From: Sphagnum compactum
Lineage: Eukaryota
Length of the DNA: 64,000 nucleotides
Direction of reading: 5' to 3'
NCBI GenBank assembly: GCA_965153455.1
Contig: OZ234493.1
Coordinates: forward strand, 30,122,213-30,186,212
Below are positions 25,001 to 38,400 of the stretch, piece after piece. Positions within the stretch are counted from its first letter, which is position 1. Every line of letters begins with the position of its first letter. The notes beneath the pieces were generated by a model that had not been told where the DNA came from, ran no database searches, and saw only the letters and a program-made list of their open reading frames with translations. The translations under genes and the position numbers were made by a program.

Positions 25001-28000
25001 CTCCTTCATATGACCCTCAACATTCCATCTTGAATTGTCGAGGCAAAGAAACATATGAAGAATCCTTCTATATGCTAGCTTTAAGTTTCTCATTATTAAA
25101 ATTTAAATCATGTTGGCAAAGTTGCAATGCATTTTGAAGGCTTAAATATATTATTGTACATGTAATATTAATGTGAAAAGGATTATTGCATGTGTATTAG
25201 TGGGCCTTTGTGTTGTTGGCCCAAGTGCAATCATCTTCAAGGCTCTAAGGAATACAACTTTCCAAAAGCTCTTTAAGTCTCTAAGAAACATGATTTTTTT
25301 GAAAAACCTAATTGTGTAAAAATCATTTTTGTAAGTTTTTGTATGAAAGTACAAATAAAAATGCTAATATGATAAAAAGAGGCATCTATTGGTTAAAAAA
25401 TTTCAAAGACCATTCTTTATAGTTTTGAATTAATTTTCAATGGGGGAAATCACTTTAAATTCAATAACTTTTTCTTTCTCAATTGAAAAGTGTGAAATGA
25501 CCACCATGCACATCACCTCATGGAGGGCTTTCCAATAGTAACAAGAGCACAATGAGGGACCCTAGGGTTTTGGAAAGGGGAGGGTGGGGGAAGGGGGTAT
25601 GGTGTGGTTGTAAACAAAATAAAACAAACAACCCTCATAATATAGAGATAAACAACTATTTTTTCACAAAATGAATAAAATGACAATTCAAGAAATTATT
25701 CTTGTACACTTCCAATTTTTCATTTCCAGCACAATCACCGTAGGGTACCCATACAGTAGTAGATGATGATACCCTTACCCTTATCATATATTACAACCAA
25801 ATGTCTTTTACCTTGAGGCACTGATTTTTGTGGGGGCAATGATTTATTTGGTGGCAAATTTTTTGCTCTTTTCGAGAATTGTTTTGAGAAAAAAAACTTC
25901 AGAAAACACATTTTTCAGTGTAATTGTCTTTTTCCGAGTGAGAATTTGCCACTTTTGTAAAATTCAAACTTTGAAAAAGAAAAGAAAAAAGGGAAACGTT
26001 GCCATGAGGATTAAATTTCATGAAAATCCGCACACTCCATTTACCTTCAAGAGGTTTATTTTGTTTTAAAAACCTTATGTACTCTTTCTTCTATACAAAT
26101 CATTATAAACAGCTACCTAGTCTCTTCCCTACTAATGTATGTTTTTGCCAACTTGCCAAGTATTTAGGTTTGGCATTCCTTCCTTTGCTTTGAAGCTAAG
26201 TACTTTGGAGTAAAACACCAAAGTTATTTTAATGTGTTGACAAGTGTTAGAAGGTACCCTATTATATACCCTGAGGATAAAAACATACTAAGTGTATATT
26301 AACATACCTTGTCAAATATATATACCCCTACTTTACCCTAATCCAGGGTAGAACAAATGAGGTTACAAAACTCCTTGAAGTATAAGAATGAAAGGGTGTG
26401 TGTGTGTTGTTTGCCCTTTCATTAAAAGGTCATTGCAACATGTGTTTAGAACTCTCCACCCAATGTAGTACCCAATTTCATCCAAGGAAATATATTTGAC
26501 TCTACATTTCTAAAGTTTGCCACAAACTATCTTTGGAGCTATTTGTCAATATGGCATGAGGGTGAATTTCCAATAAACTTATAGGTACATACCCCTTATA
26601 TTCTATAGGGTTTGTTTTGGGTAAAACTATATATATATATATATACCCTTTACCCAGAAGGAAACCCATTTTTAAGAAAATGATTATTACAAGGGTATTT
26701 GTTTTTAATACCCTTATGGGAGGGTATGGCAAAATATTATACCATCCCAACTCTGGTGCTGCTGACATGGGAAATGGCATAAAAGGGCTCTTGAGGTTGT
26801 GTTTTTAAAGCAAATAATGAAAGTGATGACATGACCCCCTTGTCAGTGATGACCATTTCTTTGATGACTAGTGAAAAGCTTCTCAAGAACAGCATCAAAC
26901 CCAGCCCCTGACACTTAAAGTGTAGGGTAATGCCTCAGGAGGGGGGGAGGGGGGTGGCGTTCCCAAGCGTAATGGGAACCGTGAACAGAGAGAAAAGGAA
27001 CCCTCTTTTGGGAACACCTTGCTCCTTGGGCAATACCCTGTCTAAAGCAACAGAAGAACTTGTATGTTCCCCCCCCCCCTCTGATACCCGCCGGATATAT
27101 TTGATAAAAAAGCAAAGAGACAAGGTGTTTCAAAGAATGAAATGGGCTGTTCAGTTGTTTTTTTGGGGCTTTATATGGCCACTAGTAAGAGGCCTCACTT
27201 GAGCAAGATGAAGAAGATACCCACGAGAGTGCCTGTTCACCCTAACTATCAAACAGCCCCTAGGAACTTTGCAAGTCTCAATGCAACAACATCCTACAGC
27301 ATGGTTCTACATTGTGCAAGTTATCTGTAAAGTCTCCTGGTTCGAGGTGATTTCGACCAGTTTCATGAAGATAGGGGACGAGAAAAATAATTTGGGGACG
27401 CAAAAGAACCAAAAGGAAATAATAACTGGGACCCAAACTAGTTTTTCCACCAAAATTGTCTTACTTTACTTTTGTTTAATGTTTCCCCCAACATCACTCA
27501 AACCCTGCAGCAGAACTATGTGAGGGCACCACACAGGTTGTCACATTGACACCCACCAAATTAGTAAGGGTTGTCAAGGTTTCCAAATTACATTGTTCAC
27601 TAAATTAGTACCTAATTGGAAACCCTAAAAAATTCCCAACTCAAATGTATTTGCAATGGATGGTGCATTGGTGAGCGTTGGGTCACGTAATAATCCCCAC
27701 ATAAAGAAAGACACACACTTTTTTTGGTCCTTTGTAACTGGACTCTGGAGGTTCCTTTGTCAGGTATGATATTTGCTAGGCATCTTACATGGTGGAAAAT
27801 TTTCTTTACAAATGTGCTAGGGTTTAGGGTTCCTGCTCTGATTTTCTTTTGTTGCCAGGTTTTCTTTCTAATCTGTTCAGATGAATGAAAAAAAAATTCC
27901 CATTCATTACATCCCTTTCTGACTCTTCCAAGATTTTCTGTCCCATGGCTCAGGCTACTTACTCGCCCTTGTGGTGGGTGGGACCTCAAAACATGGAAGG

Positions 28001-28552
28001 GCCTCTACACATAAAACAAGAACATAACCGTCTGTGTTACCTATGTCGGTGGTGGAACTGAAGTACAAACCAGTGTGGGGTGGGTATTTGATTTTCTTAA
28101 TACCCGCTGGTTCTGGGCATTAAAAACCATCAGATTCAAAGAACCGTCATAATGGAAGAAGGTATTTCAAAAAATTCAAAGTAATGTTGGGGGCGGATGG
28201 GGGGGGGGGGGGTCGGGTATTGGATTTTTCGATAATCACAGTTATATACCAGAACTGAGTATTTTGGAGTGTTTTTTTTTGGTAACTGCGGATATGCTGG
28301 GCATCATTTGTGTTTTTTGATCACCAGGGTTATCAACCTTGATACCCGGTTTGATGCTGGTGCAATTTCTAATACCCCCACCCCTCCTCCTCCCCCAAAA
28401 ACTCTGGTATGAACCCACCAAAGTTCTGGCAGTGACAAGTGTGGCAGCAGCAGCTATGTGGTGGGTCCTGCAAGCAATGCACCATGCGTCATTTTGGGCT
28501 GCTGACACGTTAAAGCTTTTGCCATTATTATGAATGAATGAGGTCAGTCAGA

Positions 28553-28575
28553 TTAGGGTTTAGGGTTTAGGGTTT
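28553..28575. promoter_or_regulatory. Three plant telomere-type repeats (TTTAGGG) / tandem telo-box (AAACCCTA on - strand)
   Basis: ttagggtttagggtttagggttt; a shorter tagggtttagggtt lies at ~27818. Confidence 0.45.
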
Positions 28576-29046
28576 CAGCCACTGAGTACTGAAGCTTGCT
28601 TTCCTGGCTTTCCTTCCTTCCAAGTTTCAGGCTCAAGCAGGTTGGTTTGTTTTGATGGGCAAAAGAAAAAAGGTTGTGATGACACACACACACCCAACCT
28701 TTTTCACCTCCTTTTCTTTGCTGTCCATGCACCAACATTAATTCAAACTGGGTGAAGCCAAGGGGGCACCCCTGCCAGAACTTTTTCCTTTTATTGCTGC
28801 TCTGAGCAGTGTTTTCTTTTCCCTCACTTTTCCACTTTAGCTAAGTTGGCTACATGTTGGCCCCCTCTTTCACAAATCATTGCCACGTGGCCATATTCTA
28901 TTTCTCAGTGCCCAACCACCAGGCAGAGTATGTGAACTTTTGATGATTAGTGGAAAAATTTAGATGGACATGATTTGCTACAAGAGAATTTTTTAAGTCA
29001 GTTTTTAAACTACAAGCTTTCAAAAAAAATTAATTCTTTTGTGAAT

Positions 29047-29657
29047 CATTGATTTTCTCATTCCAACTTTTGGTGACAAAGCTCTATAGGGGAATTGAAC
29101 CCGAACCATTTGATTTTCTCATTCCAACTTTTGGTGACAAAGCTCTATAGGGGAATTGAACCCGACCCATTTGATTTTCTCATTCCAACTTTTGGTGACA
29201 AAGCTCTATAGGGGAATTGAACCCGAACCATTTGATTTTCTCATTCCAACTTTTGGTGACAAAGCTCTATAGGGGAATTGAACCCGACCCATTTGATTTT
29301 CTCATTCCAACTTTTGGTGACAAAGCTCTATAGGGGAATTGAACCCGAACCATTTGATTTTCTCATTCCAACTTTTGGTGACAAAGCTCTATAGGGGAAT
29401 TGAACCCGAACCATTTGATTTTCTCATTCCAACTTTTGGTGACAAAGCTCTATAGGGGAATTGAACCCGACCCATTTGATTTTCTCATTCCAACTTTTGG
29501 TGACAAAGCTCTATAGGGGAATTGAACCCGACCCATTTGATTTTCTCATTCCAACTTTTGGTGACAAAGCTCTATAGGGGAATTGAACCCGACCCATTTG
29601 ATTTTCTCATTCCAACTTTTGGTGACAAAGCTCTATAGGGGAATTGAACCCGACCCA
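29047..29657. repeat. Near-perfect tandem array, 10 x 61 bp (catttgattttctcattccaacttttggtgacaaagctctataggggaattgaacccga[a/c]c)
   Basis: ggggaattgaacccga recurs at 29089, 29150, 29211, 29272, 29333, 29394, 29455, 29516, 29577 and 29638. There is one polymorphic site and no spacers. Confidence 0.98.
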
Positions 29658-30947
29658 AATAGGCCCTGCCCATTGTAGCATAAGGCTTAACCTGCACAAA
29701 AGAAAACTTAGTCGCGCATACTCCATGTAAAAAAAAAGCTTTCATTCCTGATTTTTAAACGCCCAAAAGGGGGTTGGATGAAGATTCATGAATCACCATA
29801 TTCAAACAAGTATGGATCGTGGAAACAAAGTGCAGTTGTAAAATTCAGTAAATCCTCCATCATTCCCCATAGCGAATTTTGTTGTCTTTCCAACTTTGAA
29901 TTGTTGTTCCAATAGGGAAGTTTTCTATGGTGAAATACTTTTGGCTAAACATTCCTATGACTAGCTCCAAATACACAGTCGATTGGTTCCTTAGTTTAGT
30001 TTTCATAAATGTGAGCTTAGAAAAACACCACTCATCCTCTACTAAACCAATAACTCGCACAACAACAAGTTCAAAAAGAAGTTCAACCAACTTAATGTAC
30101 TCAAGGATTTGATGTTCAAAAATCTGCGAGGATGAAAAGAACCTCCAAATTTTGGTAAGTGGGTTGAGATCAAATGATTTTTGCATTGTCAATTTGGCAT
30201 TTTTTTCATGGTAAGGACAAATAAAAATCTATGGAGGTCAAAAGCAATAGCTAAAAACAATGTTGGAACCCATACCTCATTAGGCCCCACCTTCTTAGGC
30301 TGGCAAAAGGCAACTTTTAGAATTGCCAAATGGGCATAAAATCTCACTTTAGGTTTTGGTTGCAATTAATATTGGGTGTACACAACCCCAAATGCATCCA
30401 TCAACTCCTAAGATGGTAATCAACATTGCATCTTTATAATAAGTCGATTCCCAACTTTCGCTCATTGTTGTTTCACGAAGGCTATAATCTTTTCAAACAC
30501 AAGCCTTGTAACATAACTAGATCCTCCCATCCAATCTACAAAATGTGGCCCAAATGTGTTGCCCATCAAATTCAAATGCCAGGTGATTGATTCCAATATT
30601 TAGATTTGTAATTTAGCGAAAACAGATGCTCTCATGAACGAAATTGACCAAAGCCAAAAAGTTAATAAACACGTCACCTTGGAAACAACAATAGCTATCA
30701 CAATACATGTGATACACCTCTCCTCACAAATTTTGATTGAATAAAATCACAAACGAACATGTCACACAACTAAACAAATTTAATCAAAGAATGAATTGTT
30801 TCTAGGAGTGGCATAATGGCATTCAACCCCAACATCTTTACATAAGTCAACAAACATGTAGACTGAGCAGGGGCTATGGTGGGTGCATCCAATGTCATTT
30901 TCATTTAAAGAATGCGGTATTCAAATAACACAAGTTTGATAGGATTG

Positions 30948-32324
30948 TGTCACGAATGCCAATGCCATGGAGTTCATTCATTTGAATGTTCATCCATATA
31001 TGTACCTAATTATTAATTTAGTTTCAATTCACTTTTAGTTAACTTTCAGTAAAGTTTTAATTCACTTTCATTTGATTTATGGTTCACTTCCACTTGATTT
31101 TTAGTTCATTTTATTTAAGTCTTAATTCACTTCTATTTAACTTTTAATTAAAATCTACTTAAATTCGAATTAACTCCCAGTTGGGTTTTGGTTAAGCCCT
31201 AGTTAACTTTCAATTAACTCATAATTGATCCTCAATTATGAAGGTTCTTAATAAGTTTCCTTATTCGATGCACACATTAAAAAATCCTTGAAAGGTTGTT
31301 TGAACTAAGTCCCCAAAGGGGTATAAATAGAAATAAGACCCTTCATGTGACGAATGCGAACATTAGACACCATCTTCCAATGGATGAAATTCATCCATAA
31401 TGTTCATCCATAACTCCTAATTAAGTATTAGTTAATTTTCGGTTAAGTCCCATTAAATCTTAGTTAATTCTCAATTAAGTCCGAGTTAATTCATAGTTAA
31501 CTCCTAGTTAACCCATAGTTAACTTTTAGTTAACTTTTAATTAAGTCCCAGTTAAGCACTAGTTAACTCCTACTTAAATCTTAATTAATTTTTAATAATT
31601 TATTAGTTTAATCTTAACTAACTCTAATTAATTTTTAGTTGACACCTAGTTAAATCCAAGTTAACTTTCAGATAACTCATAGTTGACTCTTAGTTATGAA
31701 GGTTCTCAAAAAGCTTCTTTACTTGATGCACACATAGAAACTTCCTTGGAAATTTTATTGAGTTAAGTCCTCAAAGGGGTATAAATAGGAGTAGGACCCT
31801 TCATTTCCTTTAGTTTGCTCAACACCAATCTTAGGCATGATCTTGCACCATAACCTTGTCATGTTTTTTTCATGTTCATGTTTGCATATGTTAGCATAAT
31901 AAATATTCATTTCCACGTTTGTCTTGCACATCTCGTGTTTTTATTTTTAATTCTTATGTTCTTATTGTTTAATTATGTAATCTTATTTTGTTCCTTGTTT
32001 GAAAATTGGACTTAGACTTTTCTTTTAGCCTTTGTTCTTGTGGTTTTTCATGTCCTTGAAACTTCATTTTCTTAAGTTTGTCCAAAACCAATTTTAAGCA
32101 CGTTCTTGCACCATAACCAAGTGTCATTTTTTTTCATGTTCATGTTTACACATGTTAGCATAATAAAGATTTGTTTTCACATTTGTCTTACACATCTTAT
32201 GTTCTTTTTCTTTGTTTTTGTGTTATTGTTTTTGAATCACATAATCTTGTTTTGTTCCTTGTTTGAAAATTAGATTTAGACCTTTTCTTAGCCTTTGTTC
32301 TTGCGGTTCTTCATGTCCATGACA
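30948..32324 (+). mobile_element. Outer solo LTR (family A, ~656 bp net) inserted in the hAT transposase and containing a nested same-family copy
   Basis: Termini tgtcacg...catgaca; internal TATA gggtataaatag; diverged 5-bp TSD gattg/aactg; removing it restores the transposase reading. Confidence 0.75.
31346..32061 (+). mobile_element. Inner solo LTR (family A, 716 bp) nested in the outer solo LTR
   Basis: Starts tgtgacg and ends ccttgaaa (mutated -gaca). Perfect 5-bp TSD cttca at 31341-31345 and 32062-32066. Collinear with the outer copy. Confidence 0.8.
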
Positions 32325-34150
32325 AACTGGTCATGGACATCCACCTAGTTTTTATGTTTTTCAATATTTTATTACCCTTGGTTTCCATGATCTCTACCAA
32401 TTTTGTAAATTCCATATGTTTCTTAGGGCTGTGGTTGAAAAAAAACATACAAAAACTGCGAAAGACCTTCAATGCGAGACACTAAGGAAAGGTTTGAAAG
32501 GGTTTATATTGCCAAATTTGTCCAGTGAACCATATAATGCACACCCGCCACAAATGGACCATGTTGACATTGGATTTAAACTATAACTCCATATCTAAGG
32601 CCTTGGAAGGTACTAACCCCATCAACACCAAAATAGATTAGCCTTGAAGCAAGCTCCTCTTCCTTAAAACCCCTTGTGTCATCAAAAAGTTAATGATCAA
32701 CAAAGTTAGATTGTTAGCTCCAAACCCAAAAACAACATGTTATACATTCAACAACAAAGGTATGCAACACCAATCCTACACAATATAACTATGTGCACAT
32801 TTGTTAAACTTGCATTATCCATATTGGAAGTGATCTCATCACAAGTTAAAAATACAAACTTGGCATTTTGGATAGCAACTTCAGTGACATTTTTCACCTC
32901 ATGGTCAAAATGTGTTCTACCATTTACCAACTAGCCCCATCAATCAAACCAATGTTTTTTGGGGATAGATAAAAGTTTCAAGAACTAAAACAAAGGCAAG
33001 AAATCCTCATAATTTGTCATGGGCTTACCTTTCTTCAACAAGCTGAAAATAGTGGCAAATTAGACAAGTTTTCGTTTGTCTTCAACTGCCTAACCAAGAT
33101 CTTACTATTAAAAGACGGTTGTTGTAGATAGTTGATCATATGTAATTTCATTTTTTGCATGCCCACATTTTGGATCCATATACCATTTACCATCATGGTT
33201 TTTCTTCTCCCTTGCATGCTTCTTTATCCACTAAAACCTTCTCCTTCCTCTTAATTCAACTGTAAACCCAACATCTAACAAAAGTTATTGAACCAACATC
33301 ATTCAGTATGGGCTCTACCCATGGCATTTTCAAAGCCCAGACCTCCTAAAACTTCTCATTCACATTATAATCTCATATTTCTTTTGTTTCTTAGGATTGG
33401 GTGCATGCCCACCCTTAGTAGTAGCAGAAGTTTCAAGGGGTTCAAAACCTTCAAAGTTTGCATACAAAATCAAAGGTGGACTAGGAGTCTATAATTCAAA
33501 AGAAGGCATGTAAATTATTTTTGCATCCATGCTACTAGATTCAAGTGCATCATAACATTGAAGTTCATCAACTACTAAAACTTCTCCAAGGACTCAAGCA
33601 CTAAAGAAATATTTGAACTTAAAATTGGTCGGAACTTGTGAGCGTGGAGGCATGATTGAATGAACTCCATAAACCTTAATCAAGACATTAAAATTCAAGA
33701 ATCGTTGATGTGAATTGCCGCCATCTTGTTGCAACAATTAGATTTCAAGAATCAAGTTTAACATAATCAATGCACCATTGTGAATTAAGGAACAAACACC
33801 ATCTACAAGTTGGAACTTGGAACTCATAGGTCATGATTCACAGGTTACATTGTTACAACCTCACTACTTCAATGCTTCTAAGTTCTTACTACTATAGCAT
33901 TCCACGTGAAATGGGTTAAAGCGAAGTGATGGAATGGCAAAAATGGGTTAAAAGGAAAGAGTTAAAGTTGTGAAATCAACGGTCACTAAGACAAAAATTT
34001 GACGATCTGGATGTAAAGTGGATTCATTTTTAACAAATGTTAATTTTGCCTCGACAACAAAGAAGCAACTTATGTCTTCCTATTGTTTTTATGATAGCAA
34101 CACTAAATTTTTTTTGATAACTTTCTTGCGATTAAAAGTCGTTTTTTTAA

Positions 34151-34304
34151 CACTACAACAAAAGGTGTCCCTGTATGCCAAGTGATTTCACTGGATTTTG
34201 ACTGAATTCACTGGTTGTAGTGATCGGGGACCAGTGAAGAAACAGTGAATTCACTGGTCTAGTGAATGAAGACTAGTGAACTACACCCACATTTTGTAGT
34301 AGTG
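34151..34304. mobile_element. 154-bp non-autonomous CACTA (En/Spm) element
   Basis: TIRs CACTACAACAAAAGGTG / CACATTTTGTAGTAGTG (15/17 match), 3-bp TSD taa, and internal direct and inverted ttcactgg/(c)agtgaa subterminal repeats. Confidence 0.85.
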
Positions 34305-36479
34305 TAATAAAATAAAATAAAATTTACTCCAAAAAAAAAAGTTTTGATCTATCTTAATTTCCAAATTAAAAGAGTTAAAGGTTGGGCACCAAACTCCAGT
34401 ATAGATCAAATTAAATTTATTTAATACGCCAAAAGCAAGGATGGAAGAAATGTCCACCAATCTTTTGGACATTGGTGGCTTGTGTGCCTTTGCATTTCCA
34501 AGAAATCCTTTGACAAAAATTGTCCTAGGAAAATTACAACGAAAAGTTGCTATGACATGTTTAATGGAAAAGATGTGTTAATTCAATGAACCATCTACCA
34601 TTTGGTTTCATTCTTGTACTTTCAAAAGCAAGATGTATTTGAAGATGTGATCACACTAATCTAACAATCGACCAAAGTGAACCAACACCCATTAGCGCAA
34701 CATGAAGGATGGATGGATGGTAAATGGTTAAAAAACAATGTTTTGTTGGGTTCCAATTGCTTAACTAACCATTATGGTTAATTCAATGTTTTTTTTTTAC
34801 TACCTACCTACTAACAACCCATAAAATCAGCATTTACCTAAGTATAAACCATCTACTCACCTATTATTTACCTATTTTCTTACCAATCTACCTATATATG
34901 AAACGTATTACTTACAGAATTGGTTCCTAAAGTGAAGTCTGATATTAACTTAGTTGAAGTTCATCCACAGCTGAGTATCAATGGATGTGGAGTAATAATG
35001 GACATCCAGTGGATGGTGTGCTAGTGGGTGTTGGTTCATTGTGGCCCATTATTTGTTAGTTTTGGTAAAAGTATTTGGACCACTATTGGTTCAGTATTGA
35101 CATTTGACCTAATTATCAACAAGGGTAGAAAGGCCGAAGCAAGAAATGAAATAATCAACCTACAACTATGGTTCTTTTTTTTCTTGGATCATGTAGGTAG
35201 ATCACTTGTCTAATCTTATGTTTAACTTGGCAATTGTAACGTCAATGCGCCAAACATTAAACAAGAATAATGAATTAAATGTGGCATCACACTTCATGTA
35301 GTTACAAGATAGTGCCCAACAAGAAAATTATTTTTATTTTTATTGTATGTAAACTATTATTAATGCTATAATTATCTTCAACCACTTTTTCAAGGAAAAA
35401 AAAAAGTGATACAATGATTAAAAATCCTACCTTTAGCCCAAAGCTCTAGGGGTTTTTTTCTTTTCAAATTTTCATTTTTTTCATGGATGGATGACTAAAA
35501 AATGTCATAATCGAACAACTTCCTCAAGCTAGTTGCCTGAAAAGAAAAGGGGAGTTGCAACTTCCTTGGGATGTGGGGACTTGGAAGCCCCAACCAAGTT
35601 GCTTGACGCAAGTGTGCAAAAAATGCCTCGGGAAGGTGGGGGAGTTGCAACTTTTCATTCCACTATGGCATCATTTGTTTTCAACATTCATACATTGTAT
35701 AACTTTTCATCCATATTATGCAACATTTTTCTTCAACTTTTCATTGTGAAATGTCACATAATATGGATGAAAAATTGCATGTTGAATGAAAAGTTTGGAA
35801 AAAAGAGAAAAAAATTGTATAACATGGGTGAAAAACATTCATTTGCCCCAAGAACCATGGTTCCCCAAGAAATTGGCCCATTTTCCCCAAGGAACCATGG
35901 TTTCCTCAAAGAAACATGGTTTTATAAGTGAATGAGTCCAAGTTCTCAAGGAAACTTGGTTCCCAAGGCAAGTGAGCCCAAGTTTCCAAGGAAACCATGG
36001 TTTTGCTAAGAACTTCAACACATTTCCTTGGGGACATTATGTTTCACCAAGAATTTAGGTTGCCTGTGAGAACATAGTAGAAGGGGAATTTTCCCTAAGT
36101 TTGACAAACTTTGAAGAAGAAACTTTCTCCTCTATTATAGGAACAATAGGTAGATTTAGTATTAAGTCTTCTTATCATGGCCCACCCACCAATTGGTAAC
36201 TTCATGAATTAATTTTTGTTTTTCTCTTTCTTAGTTTGTGGCTAATTGTGGTGCCCTATTTTGCCTTGGCTAGGTTGTACTTTCAGTTCTTTGCATGTTT
36301 TACAAATGAATGTGTATTTCATTTGTGCCAAAAAAAAAAATTTAATTGTGGTGTGAATTTATTAACGTTATCCATAAAGTTAGGCAATTAGGGGGCGAGA
36401 ACATTTAGTTTCGGCGTAATAAGGCACCAAATGTGTAACTAGAATGAAATTGTACCAAACAAAATAATTGGGGCCCAAA

Positions 36480-38400
36480 TTAGTTTTTCCCACTAATTTT
36501 GGTGGTAAATTGAATTTCATCCCCTCTTTCTTTGTTCCTAAGCACCCCCATTGCTACTACATATATTTTCATTGCTCTTACATGTACATGAACGTAATCT
36601 TGGGTGACAATGGAAAAATTATTGACCGAAACATCACAAAAGACTTTAAAATGTTTACGTTGGTAACCAATCATAGGATCAAAATACATCACGAAGAGAT
36701 GAACTTGAGATATTTTTATAACTACCACAAAATCATAAATGAAAACATCCCTTCCTTGAACAAATTTGATGAAAACATTAAAGATTTCCAACAATGGCAA
36801 CAAACAACACAAGGCTAAACATGTGTGAATATCACAAAAAAGGTCAAGATTCAACCTTGCTTAAACAATTTGAAGGGTTGTCTTGTGACATTTCACAATC
36901 AAAATTTTGTTTCATACCCTGACTTGCTTCAAAAGCTCCAACATTGATATCCATTGAGTCTTGACATTTCTCAAGATCTTAAATCTTGTCATTTCCACAA
37001 TTTTAGCAAGTTTATTGAATTCCAAATGTCATCTAAAGGAGTTTGAAAAGTAAAAATATAATGATTGTAACAAACCTTAATACTTGGGCACCATTGGCAA
37101 ATTAAACAAAACTTGCAGAACAAGCTTTGTTTTATGGGCCATAAAGTGTCGCCCCATCATGTAAGGAACATATTTCTCCTTTAGTTGTGATGTCACTCTA
37201 GTGTGGCAACCCTAGAAAAAAAACTTCCATCTACACCAAAACAAATGAACCTTTCCTCTATTCATTTTTAATGAACCTTCCTTGTTGCATAAGGGATTGG
37301 GTTATAATAGGGTCAAGTTGTTTGCAATCCCACTTTCAACAACATGTTAAAAGAGGAAAAAAGAACATGCATTTTTTTCCATGCTTGTATCGTGCATATA
37401 CATGAACTGATATCCAAAACTAATTATCAATGGTAGTCACTTTATTTGCATTTAAAGAGACAAACTTACCTCCAACCACAAATAAGGGTTTCCAATCAAA
37501 TTTAGTTTATTAGGATTTTGCAAGATTACCAATAGTCTAGAAAGTCCATAATTTATTGAAATGGAAAATTTGATAAACATTGATTTGTCAAAAATGACAT
37601 TACTACCCAACATAACATTTGCCAATTATAAATTTTTAGAAAACGCATGCTTTTGCTTTTAACTTTCCCCTAGTTAATCAAATTGCAACACATGTTATAA
37701 TTTGAAAAGTTGTAATTTTTGGGTTTAGGTATTTTTCTTGCCTCCTACTTTCAAATGGACAATTTTCATCCCCAAAACATCAAATATTCACATTAAAAAT
37801 TATGGAAAAGGAAAACTATGGACTCCGCAAGTGCCACTTTTGGTCCACCTTAGGGTGCATTCACCCTTTTGAGTTTTTTTCAAAACTTGTTTATACATAC
37901 AATCTACCATTTCCCAACCTACCCCATCATATTAATGTTTCATGGGATTGTTGGGAACATTTAATTGCACAAACAATTTCTACATGGTTGTATATTTTGT
38001 CATAAGGTGGCCACAATCGAACAAATGAAAAATCAAAGCAAGTTGAACAAGTTTTTTCTTCCTATCAATCTAGGTTGCATTATGAATGATTTGTTACAAC
38101 ATTATTTCAAGACCTTTGGCTATTTTTCAAAAAATAGTGTTTTCCTTTTTTCACCCTTAACATGGCTACCAAAGTCTTATGATGACTTGCATGTTTCCAT
38201 AGAAAATCTAGTTTGGGAACAAAGAGCTTATTTCTACCCTCAATCTAAATGCAAACCTTGCATGCATTGAACTTGAATGATTTTGCCATTAAAACCTAAA
38301 ACAAACTTTGCCCAAAGTAGTTTTATAGCCCATATATCTTGGAAATGAGTATTCAACTTGTAGGTTTTTTTAATCTTTTTTTGGATTTCAATGTTATCTT
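36480..38400 (-). mobile_element. Second degenerate hAT-superfamily (ZNF862-like) transposase relic
   Basis: HLEFNKLAKIVE...KILRNVKTQWISMLELLKQV and LDLFCDIHTCLALCCLLPLLEIFNVFIKFVQGRDVFIYDFVVVIK, paralleling the 29860-33290 relic. Boundaries are approximate. Confidence 0.65.

Larger units (their letters stand above)
29860..33290 (-). mobile_element. Degenerate hAT-superfamily transposase (ZNF862-like), interrupted by an LTR insertion at 30948-32324
   Basis: C-terminal dimerisation motif GLVEDEWCFSKLTFMKTKLRNQ. KNIKTRWMSMT|PIKLVLFEYRIL rejoins across the insertion. The catalytic-region relic AKFVFLTCDEITSNMDN is present. Many stops and frameshifts. Confidence 0.8.

Noticed and set aside
28553-28575. 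Relic chromosome end or fusion site
   Set aside because: Only three repeat units; such short tracts are common telo-boxes in plant genomes.
29047-29657. CRISPR array
   Set aside because: The units are contiguous and identical with no unique spacers; the context is eukaryotic and there are no cas genes.
29630-29720. tRNA gene or tRNA-Sec on the - strand (GGGTTCAATTCCC)
   Set aside because: Only a T-loop/B-box-like motif is present; no acceptor stem, D-arm or anticodon arm could be folded.
32313-32340. 11-bp hairpin atgtccatgac/gtcatggacat
   Set aside because: It is formed by the junction of the LTR end with the flanking hAT sequence and is probably coincidental.
35840-36070. Repeated cc(c)aaggaaccatggtt motifs
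   Set aside because: Irregular degenerate repeats, probably TE subterminal sequence; no termini or TSD identified.
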